20,000 nt of DNA from Balamuthia mandrillaris (taxonomy: Eukaryota), in assembly GCA_031835245.2 (NCBI GenBank), contig JAVKOQ020000048.1, forward strand, positions 236,066-256,065, in the 5' to 3' direction. The translations under genes and the position numbers were made by a program. Below the pieces are notes generated by a model. That model was not told the DNA's origin, did not search any database, and saw nothing but the letters and a program-made list of their open reading frames with translations. This document shows positions 11,600-20,000 of the stretch, piece after piece. Numbering within the stretch: position 1 is the first letter of the stretch; every line of letters begins with the position of its first letter.

Positions 11600-12330
11600 T
11601 CTTCCAGAGAGTGTTATCTACCTTAATGCTGGTGATGCTAAACCTGTTTTTCATAAGCAATATACCATTCCTCACGTGTATCATAGCCCTCTCTTCACTG
11701 TTCGCTCCTTTAGCAACTGAATTTCACTGTAGACATGGAGTTGTCAACCAAAGCAAAATCACATCCCTTCTTTCTCTGAACAAAAACGCCTCCTGCAGCT
11801 GTTTCACACAAAAGGACATCATGGAGCAGAAACCTTGTTCATCAAGATCTGAAATAAAGGCTATTATGGCCTACTTTCCATGCTGACTGTTCTCACACTT
11901 GCCTGCAACAACTGCCTTAAGCATAACATTACCAAACACAGCTTTCATCCCCTGAAAACTATCCATGCTACTTACTCCTTCATCACAACATCACCATCAA
12001 TCTGTTTGGCCCACTTCCCACTTCCTCCAAAGGCTTCAACTATGTTCTGATTACCACAGACATTGCTACCTGGTTCACTTTTCTCTTCCCAGTCCACGTC
12101 AAGACTTCCAAAGATGTGACCTCTACTTTCTATCACTTTGTCTCTGATTTTGGTCTTCCTAAGATCCTTCAGTAAGACAATGAGCACTGAGTTTGTCAAC
12201 ACAGTCATCAAAGCTCTTGACCCACTCTCTGGCTTTGAGCACCAATTCATCTTGGCCTATCATCCTGAAGCTGACAGAGCTGCAAAAAGCCACGGTAAGC
12301 TGGCCTGCAACACTCTTGATATACATTGTG
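11600..12330 (+). mobile_element. Degenerate Ty3/Gypsy-type pol relic (pre-RT segment plus integrase Zn/core), internally deleted
   Basis: VIYLNAGDAKPVFHKQYTIP (pre-RT motif); CNNCLKHNITKHSFHPLKTI; LFGPLPTSSKGFNYVLITTDIATWFTFL; LPKILQ*DN..TEFVNTVIKAL; AYHPEADRAAK. Spread over several frames with stops. Confidence 0.8.
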
Positions 12331-12899
12331 AACAAAATTGCAAACTGCCTCAAGTATTTTATGCTCAACAGTGGTCTTAGCTCAAAGGCAACAACACACC
12401 AAGCCTGAAAAGGTCAAAGAAGGCAAAAAGAGCCTCTTTTTTGACAGTACACCTCATGTAACAGACACCCCCTACTGTGTAGCTGGTCTATCATTTATAG
12501 AGCACCCATTACTTCTCCAGACTCTGTTTTCCTCTAAGATTCCAACTGGTCTACTTGCTCACAACCCTGAATGTGATGGCCACCTGGAATCCTTTTGTTG
12601 GCAACTGGAGAACAACTAGCATTCCAACTTGTGGAATATGGCCCTAGCAAAGTACACACATGTAAAACTACTTCCAGTGGAACAATATAGTTGTACCTTG
12701 CTATGGTATCAGGCCAGAGATTTCTACACCGCCCACTTCAGCAGTAATGCAGAACTTCAGACTTGTCTCTATGACGACTTCTTCAAGCTGAATGTTCTTA
12801 TTTCACAACAAAGCAAAGTGTTATTACAATAAACTAAACAGTGAATTCATTGTTGTTAACCATTGTAATGATAAGTGTTGGTGATTTTTACCATAATGC

Positions 12900-13120
12900 T
12901 CCTTCTCTTAACACTATTATCAGACTTGCCAACAAGACATTGGAGGAAGAAGCAAAGAAATACCTTGATTCCTCAGATGAGGAGCTTGTCTTAGGCAGTG
13001 ATGGAGTATGGAGTCAACAAAGAAATGCCAGCTTGATTGGCTGCAAGAGATGGACTTACTCTCCTAAGTGACAATGTTTGTCTATGACCAAGACTCCTCA
13101 GTGCTAAAAATACTGCAAGG
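12900..13120 (+). mobile_element. Probable Mutator-like DDE transposase relic
   Basis: LVLGSDGVWSQQRNAS resembles the DGxWxxR first-Asp motif. MFVYDQDSSVLKIL follows in another frame (from 13074) and resembles the DGDSS second-Asp motif. The intervening sequence appears deleted. Confidence 0.5.
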
Positions 13121-13839
13121 TCTATTCATACATAAAAGCAAATAATAAAATGGTGTATACAGCTTTTATAAAGTCAGTGAAAGTTGAAGAAGCCAACACA
13201 GCTGCCAAAGAAGATGATAGAGGTTTGTAGGGAAAAGCTCTCATTGTTAGAAACAAAAAGTTCCATATAAGAGCTAGGAAGAGCAGAAGATTTCTTGTGA
13301 AAAGAACATAGCTTCTTGTGTCATCAACCAGAAGAATGTTAGAAAGGGTGAATAACATAAACAGACAGGGTCAAAACGTATTATTCAAAGAGGGAACAAG
13401 GAACAAATGGTGTCAAGAGAGAAAGGTGGGATATGAATGAAACAAAACTAATTAACTAAAAGAAAGAAAAAAGGAAGCAACAGAATAAAAGAAAGAAGTC
13501 TGGCCAATACTTTTGGAACCTGTTGACTGACATAGCAAAAGTCAACTTATTTTAGCTATTCATTAAAAACATATATCCATAAATTTAAATGTCTATTTCT
13601 TAATCTTGGTCATTTATAAAGACATACTGCAAAATTTTATGTTGGATTTTTTGTGTTGCTAAAGACATAATTCACTAATGTCTAGAAAACAAAAAAGGAG
13701 ATTCTCCTTTTAGAAAGTTGAAAAGGCAAAAGATATTTTTTTTTCTCTGAATTTTATTATTTTTATAAAAAGCAAAATCATTTAACCAAAAAGAACAAAT
13801 AATTAATTATTATTATCTTTTTAACCAAAGTTAATTTGC

Positions 13840-14090
13840 TCACACACTGGGCTCTCATGATTCTCCATTATGACTTCAAAGTTTTCCACTAGCCTGGAAT
13901 TCACCATATCCTAAAGGACTCCCTTTCACAGTGTACCCACTTAACAAATATTAACAAATCTTGGAGCAACTTCACTTCAGCCAAAACAAAGGTGCTGAAA
14001 GCCTTCTTCATAAAGTTCTCAAGGAAGGTTACAGTTAACTTGTGGAAGATTTCTTCCCTGGATTTGTTTTAACCACTAGTTCATCTTTTC
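13840..14090 (+). mobile_element. Second Ty3/Gypsy relic (RNase H C-terminus and start of integrase)
   Basis: HWALMILHYDFKVFH*PGIHHILKDSLSQ matches the RWal.l..ydF.i.hrpG..n..aDaLSR consensus. It is followed by QILEQLHFSQNKGAESLLHKVLKEGY, which resembles the integrase Zn-finger His region. Confidence 0.7.
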
Positions 14091-14307
14091 AGATTACCTA
14101 TGAGCCAACATAATTTTTTTTTCAAATTTTATTAATAAGGAAAATCATAAATTATTTTTTATATGAATGGAATAGTATTTTATAATATTAAAGAAAACAT
14201 TTTTATTATTGTTATTTGAAAGTTGATATTTCAAAAACAGAATTTAATTGTCTAATTTGTCTTTTCCTTTATCTTTTTTTGATTTAGTTGATTGAGAAGA
14301 TGTGTTG

Positions 14308-17300
14308 CTATAAAAATCTGAAAAATCCTAAATCACTATTATTATTGTTCTTTTTACTTTCTGTATCTTCTTGTTCTTCTTCTTCTCTTTCTTCTTCTTC
14401 TTCTTCTTTTTCTTCTTCTTCTTCTACTTCTTTACTTTTATCTTTTTCATTTTGTTGTGCTTTTGATTTTTTGTGGTTTTTGGAGGTAAGCTTTGGAAGT
14501 TCTTCATCTTCCTCTTCAGATTGATTATTATCTTTTGGAACTTCATCATCTTCATCATCTGCATTTTTTGGTACTAAATCTTCTTTCAGAACTTTTTGTT
14601 TTTTCTTCCAAGCAACTAAGCCTTTTTGCACCTTGTTTCTATCCAACACAGTGGTTGCTAATAATTTTGCATGCTCTGCTAAGTTTGTGGCTCCAGAACC
14701 AGGAAACAAGGCCACAAAATGACGCATTGCTAACATTTATAAATGTTTTAGTTCATTACCAAAAGAAACAAGGAAAGGAAAAACAAAAGGATGAACTTAC
14801 TTTCCAAACAAACAGGCAAACAACCTGTTGTGGGATTAAAGGCCAACACCACATCTTTAGGCTCTGTGAATGTGTTCAGCAAATAACGATACACATTTAA
14901 AGGAGGAACAGGAGAAGAAGAGAGATTCGCCTGATCAGCCACTTGTCCTTCCTGAGCTTGAGGTCCCTTGATTGGAATCACCACTGAAGTTGGTTGCCAT
15001 GTCTCCAAGGCCAACAGAGAAGAAGTAATCGAACTAGAATCATCCTGCAACTGTGTTTGGCCTTTGTTCCACACTGCCACAAAGATGCCATTCTCACACC
15101 ATTGTGGTTTGTTGTTATGGTTGGAATGGTGAGGTTTGTACCCAAAAACAAGAACTGTTTCTAGCTTCAAGTTAATCAAAAGCTGACGTTGCTTTTGTTT
15201 ATAGGCATTGATTTGATTCATGGCCAAGTGCAAGTGATTATAACGGGTAGTTATCAACAAAACCCTTTCCACATGATGATCTGGGAAGAATGAGAGAAAA
15301 TTAGACAGACAGCAATCTGAGTTCTTTGGAAAAAATAACCCAAAAAAGACTTACTTTGGCAGTGTACTCCCAAGGAATCAAGCATCAAGGGAGCATGTGT
15401 TGGTAAATTATCATAAATGATCACTTTGAACTTGGTAGGAGGGGAATGAGAAGCAAGCACGTCCTTTCCCCATTTGTTGAGTTGGTGGGCCAATTGTTTG
15501 GAGGGTTGAGGAGGAGTGTTGAGTTTGGGTCTGCCACGATGATGGTTTTTTGCTTTTTTGGCCTGGTGTTTGGAAGAGGTCTTTGGTTGTTGTTTTTTGC
15601 TTTTTCTTTTTTTTTTCCTTTCAATATCATGAGATGGTTTTGGTGAAGGAGGTGGAGAGGGTTGAGGTGTAGTGGTGTTTGAGTGGAATGGAGGAGAAGC
15701 TGGTTCATCGGAGGGTATGTGTTGCTAGCAGCAAGGAATGAATAAATGAATGAAAGATAGCAAAAGGAAATGTTAACTAAACTTCAATGCCATAGAAATC
15801 AATACACTTTAGAAAAGGCATACTTGAATTGCCTGGTGAAAAGCAGTATCTCCAGATAAGCCTTGTTTCTCAAAGAACTCTTCATCATACTCGCCACTGT
15901 TCACCTGATCTTGGACTTCCTCCAAGTGGGCTAAAGGAATCTCTTTTTCAGTATGATACAATTCCAGTTCTTCATGCATAGCTTTTCGACCAATGTGTTT
16001 CCACATCTGCATGTATGCACGTTTCATGAGGAAAAGTAGTAGTGACAAGATAGAGAAAGAAAAGATTGCAATGCAGCTTACCAATCTTTTGAAGTTGGTT
16101 ACAGAACATTCTTCCTTGGGATCCTCGAGGTGCCTTGCCCATATCTCTTTCAAGGCTGCCAACAAGGTTTCATCTGATAAGGAGCTTGGCATTTTCTCTC
16201 TGAAGTGGTAAGGAGTAAACACCCAGCCCCCCTTCTCTTTGTCCTTCTCCTGAATATAACTCCAAGACTCTGGGAATTTCTGCATTTTGTTTGCCACTGT
16301 TTTCAAACGTCAAACACGATCAAAGGTAAGAGCATTATGGGCATCTTGGGAGGCAGTTTTTGAATTCTAAAATACAAAACCCACCCAACACAAAAGAGAA
16401 AAAATGAGCAATCATTTTAGAAAGCTTGCCTGCAACCAAAGAAGGCCTACCAGATAATGGAACAGCTCCTCTGGTGTTTTCGTGAGATGATTGTACACAA
16501 AACGGACCATATCCCATTCTGTCTCTTGATTGACTCCTTCGAACAACACCAGGTTGTCCCAGGCAGACAACTTCCAAGAAATATAAGTAAGTCACCTTGT
16601 TAAAAAACAGAAAAAGCAACAGAAAACTCCAAGGTATTGTACCTTGTCCAAGACAGCCACACTTGGAAGTTGTTTGCCATCAAATGGCAGCACTTTGGCC
16701 CTCCAAGTTAACTCCTTCAGCTTTGGGGAGTTTTCACAGTACAATACGTGGGCTGCTGCACATCGATGGTTACCTCCAAGACATACATATTCTTGTTGAT
16801 TGCTTTCTGGATGCACCCACAGAGCTGAAGGCAGTTCCATCAATAATAAAGAAGAGCGTTCATCAAAAGACAAAATGCCGCCTGAGTTGAATGTGGCCAG
16901 CAGCTTGTTCAACCCCTCTGGTTTTAGAGGTTGATGCCAACCTGATAAAACAAACGAAGTTAATGACAGTACAAAGTTAAAAGAAGGCATGAAAAACTGT
17001 GGAGGGTATTCGCTGCACCATATGGCGCAGCCAATGCCCTTCAACTAGTCAACAAGAGAGAAAAAGGCCAAAGGCATGAGCTGTGCCGTACGGCGCAGCC
17101 TATAACCTTTTCTTGCCAGCCAAACAAGAAATTAAGGCAGCAGTTGTGATCTGCGCCATATGGCGCAATCATTACCCGAACTATAAAAGGAAAGTGTTGA
17201 TCTGAAGGGCAGATCTGCGCCATATGGCGCAGCCAACACCCTTCCTTCAAAAATACCAGAGGATTTGAAGGGCTGAACTGTGCCGTCCGGCGCAGCAAAT

Positions 17301-17924
17301 GAGCTGAAGGGCTGATCTGCGCTGTACGGCACAGTCAACACCATCCCTTCAAATAATAATTTGGATGAGAGAAGAGAAAGGGCAAAAGTAGGATGGAGCT
17401 GGACTGGCCCTTCTCCCTTGAGGAAGAAAGAAGCAAGGCGAATAGTGGCCGTTCAGCTGTTGACTATAACACAAAAATAAAAGCACAAACCTTTCATAGT
17501 GATAGCTTTCAACGGAACCAAACGAGTCCCCTCCTGAAGCCGAGTTTTACAAAGTTCTGCCACCTCTTTGGTTTCCTTGTCTGCGCCATCCGGTGCACAA
17601 AATAGACGCACAGCTTCCAAGTCGCTCTCGCGCAAAATCCAATCATTTCTTGTTGGAGTGCTATCATAAAAAACCTCAATCACTCACCAGAAAAACCAAA
17701 ATGGAGAGCAAGTTGTTTTACCTGTTGGATGGGGAGGAAGATGAGCCTTCATCTGTTTCCGAGAGGTCCAATGGTTGGTTGGAAGAAGGATTCAACGTAG
17801 GAGTTTGTAGCATTTGCAATTTGTGCGACAAGACAGATTTGGAGTCCTTGGTGGTCCATTGTCCACTGAGGTCATCGATCCTTTGCCGCAGTTCTTTCAC
17901 TGTCAATCTCTTGTTGTCCGACAT
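14308..17924 (-). pseudogene. Nine-exon gene: SAP/HeH-like + ParB/Sulfiredoxin-like + AT-hook + degenerate beta-class N4C/N6A DNA methyltransferase-like domain + acidic tail; mildly decayed
   Basis: Exons 17924-17722, 17660-17491, 16941-16643, ~16580-16451, 16366-16082, 16006-15824, 15724-15355, 15280-14801, 14729-14308. Seven of eight introns are GT-AG with matching phase; the exon 4 acceptor is unresolved. Motifs: LTVKELRQRIDDL..TKDSKSVLSHKL; RLVPLKAI..YVCLGGNHRCAAAHVL; HRGRPK; FKVIIYDNLP; PPLNVYRYLLNTFTEPKDVVLAFNPTTGCLPVCLETMRHFVAL. In-frame TGA at 16312-16310. Confidence 0.75.
17013..17334. repeat. Cluster of six 18-bp palindromes separated by largely unrelated spacers, inside intron 2 of the ParB-like gene
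   Basis: Copies start at 17013, 17081, 17151, 17215 (perfect CTGCGCCATATGGCGCAG), 17278 and 17317; spacers 50, 52, 46, 45 and 21 nt. Confidence 0.9.
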
Positions 17925-18361
17925 AACCACAACAGCAAAAATAAAAAGCAAGGAATATGTGTGAACGGTGTGAATGGTTGTGCACTTTTGTGACAAACTA
18001 AAATTTTGGGAGTTTGTTTTGCTTTTGGCCCTCTTTTTTTTCTTTCAAATTTCGTTTAATTGGTAGTCAAATCGTTGTGGTTTGCTGCAGACTTTGTGGA
18101 GGGCAACCAATGACAGAGAGCATCGCTGATATGGTGCTGGAAGAAGTGACAGCAAGTTGAAGGAAATTCAAAAGCGTTTTGTTCCCATGATTCTTTCTTT
18201 TGAGTTCAACTTGTGAAAGGACTGTGAGGCATAACGGTTTGTATTGTTCTCAGTTGTCAAATCTGTTCAGCCTGCATTTTGTTTGAAAGAGAGACCAGCA
18301 TTGCTATGCCATTATCCCTTTTTCTTTTGTTTTTTTGCTTGCATTCAATTTTCGAGACTAG

Positions 18362-18940
18362 CGCGTTGGCTGCACCATACAGCGCAGATCAGCCCTTTCC
18401 CACTCTCTTTTCTTTTGTATGGCTGGCATTGGCTATGCCGTGCAGCGCAGATCAGCCCTCTTCTGCTTTCTTTTCTTTTGTATGGCAGGCATGGGCTGTG
18501 CTGTACGGTGCAGATCAGCCCTTTTCTGCTCTCTTTTCTTTTGTATGGCAGGCATGGGCTGTGCTGTACAGCGCAGATCAGCCCTTTTCTGCTCTCTTTT
18601 CTTTTGTATGGCAGGCATGGGCTGCACTATATGGCGCAGATCAGCCCTTTTACTCAATTTTTTTCTTTTGTTTGGCAGGCATTGGCTGCGCCATATAGTG
18701 CAGATCAGCCCTTTCCAGCTCTCTTTTCTTTTGTATGAGAGGCATGGGCTGCGCCATACGGCACAGATCAGCCTTTTTCCGCAATTTTTTCTTTGATAGG
18801 CAGGCATGAGCTGCACCATACGGTGCAGATCAGCCCTTTTCTGCTCTCTTTTCTTTTGTATGGCTGGCATTGGCTACGCCATACAGTGCAGATCAGCCCT
18901 CTTCAGCTTTCTCTACTGTTGTATGAAAGGCATTGGCTAT
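18362..18940. repeat. Tandem array of ~9 x 63-bp units, each carrying the same 18-bp palindrome
   Basis: CAGATCAGCC recurs at 18385, 18448, 18511, 18574, 18637, 18701, 18764, 18826 and 18889 (period 62-64). Unit consensus is approx. GGCAGGCATGGG-CTGCGCCRTAYGGCGCAG-ATCAGCCCTTTTCTGCTCTCTTTTCTTTTGTAT. Confidence 0.96.
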
Positions 18941-19224
18941 CCTTCCTATCCAATGAAAAGCAAATTTTTTCAAATTTTTCTAGCAAGCAAGAATGTTGAG
19001 TGTGTCATATGATGCAAAAGCGCCCTTTCCTTTCAACAAAGAATTTAGCAACCTTCATTGTGAAGGGCAGATCTTGTGTCATACAGCACAGCCAATACCC
19101 TCTTATACCCTTTTGATTATTTATCTATTCTGCCACCATTTTTTTTCTTGTAAAGTGTTGATTCTTCTGCCTGACTTATGAGGTTTCTTTAGATAGGACA
19201 TCATTGCAGTAGAAAAAGAGCACC

Positions 19225-20000
19225 ATGGCCTTCCAACCACCATCCAAACTGAAAAGCACTGCACGTCGGTTTTTTTCAGAGTAACATATCCAGACTTCAA
19301 AGCACAGTTACTGCTGTCAACAATACTGTCTTTCCAGCATTTCATCAGAGGATTTCAAGAGATGCGCACCTATTATTGGACACTGGACTCAGAACAAGCC
19401 AGAACCAAATTTCTTGGGGATTGCTTGCTTTTTTCTTATGGTCCTTATCAAGAGACCAGAGCTGTCAGGCCCTCCAAGCAACGATTGCTTTTGGCTGGTC
19501 ATCTGGTTTGTTACAAAGCAATCCAATTATGGCTGGCCCTTTCCAATAAGAAGTTTTATGCCTGCATGGACTTGTGGAAAACGGGAGTCACTTTACCTCT
19601 TCATCGCAATCATGGCCTGGTTTGGCACTTCACCACCTATTTGCAAACCAAAGCCTGGCTTACAGTGTACTTTGCCAATATGGGAGAATCCTTGCCAAAC
19701 TCTGAAGTCATTCAGATTCCAATGATATTGAATCGAAAAGCCTTGTATCAAGAAATGGTATTAAGCCTGGGACATGATCAAAGCATCAGTTATGCACGCT
19801 TTTTGCAAATGTTGCATGAAGATTTCTCTTATGTTCATTTTTTCCAAGGTAAGCTTTGTTTGTTGAGAGAGTTTGTCAAAAGAAAGGAATGATTCATTGT
19901 TTTTATTCTAACAACCTGTTGATGAATAATTGTTATTGCTTTCTGTATTAGCAAACCAGATTAGGAAAATGTGATCAATGTGCTCAGCTTCTAGTTCGTT
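19225..20000 (+). pseudogene. N-terminal part of a Sola-like (DUF7869-type) DNA transposase, decayed; continues beyond the window
   Basis: ATG at 19225 in CACCATGG context; TAA at 19282; CCQQYCL..FKRC[frameshift ~19365]RTYYWTLDSEQARTKFL; VCYKAIQLWLALS; IQIPMILNRKALYQEM..ISYARFLQML..FSYVHF; intron 19849-19951; QTRLGKCDQC. The splice phase needs one fewer T in the run at 19838-19843. The catalytic core is not in the window. Confidence 0.6.

Larger units (their letters stand above)
14308..20000. mobile_element. Putative composite DNA transposon (transposase + divergent ParB-MTase-like cargo gene + palindrome arrays); termini not identified
   Basis: Head-to-head genes; the shared palindrome occurs from 17013 to 19091 and links both halves; both genes show a similar low level of decay. 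Confidence 0.55.

Noticed and set aside
12480..12832. Coding-like remnant (SFIEHPLLLQTLF...)
   Set aside because: Possibly part of the Mutator-like relic, but no motif could be recognised.
14100..14300. Left terminal inverted repeat of the composite element
   Set aside because: AT-rich sequence with no partner end inside the window, so it cannot be called.
16335..16619. ORF frame VTYLYFLEVVCLGQ as exon 4 of the ParB-like gene
   Set aside because: The alternative frame (LSAWDNLVLFEG..WDMVRFVYNHL..HYL) ends at a phase-0 donor matching the next exon and looks more protein-like; the acceptor is probably mutated.
18362..18940. True CRISPR array
   Set aside because: The inter-palindrome sequences are near-identical rather than unique spacers, there are no cas genes, and the context is eukaryotic.
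18244..19012. Repetitive ORFs on both strands
   Set aside because: By-products of a 63-bp (multiple of 3) repeat; broken by 62- and 64-bp units and open in several frames.

Overview
Intron-rich eukaryotic DNA, probably from a protist (amoebozoan-like by impression only). The window has two parts. Left (1-8.8 kb, GC-richer, gene-dense): mitochondrial processing peptidase alpha (-, runs off the window), a ZC3H11A-like triple-CCCH protein (+), C1D/Rrp47 (-) and PARN (+). A 5'-truncated, frameshifted Fanzor2/TnpB (IS607-type) relic lies between the divergent C1D and PARN starts. Right (8.8-20 kb, AT-rich, CpG-depleted): transposon relics (Ty3/Gypsy, Mutator-like), then the most interesting unit. 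This is a hand-reconstructed 9-exon gene (-) with SAP/HeH-like, ParB/Srx (GGNHR), AT-hook, degenerate beta-class N4C/N6A methyltransferase-like and acidic-tail regions. It is head-to-head with a Sola-like transposase (+). About 18 copies of one 18-bp palindrome (inferred ancestor CTGCGCCGTACGGCGCAG) lie around the divergent starts: a 9 x 63-bp tandem array, a 6-copy intronic cluster with unrelated spacers, and three dispersed copies. This looks like a parS-like/ParB-MTase cargo module on a DNA transposon, now decaying by CpG deamination. All domain calls come from motif recognition by eye; no database searches were run.
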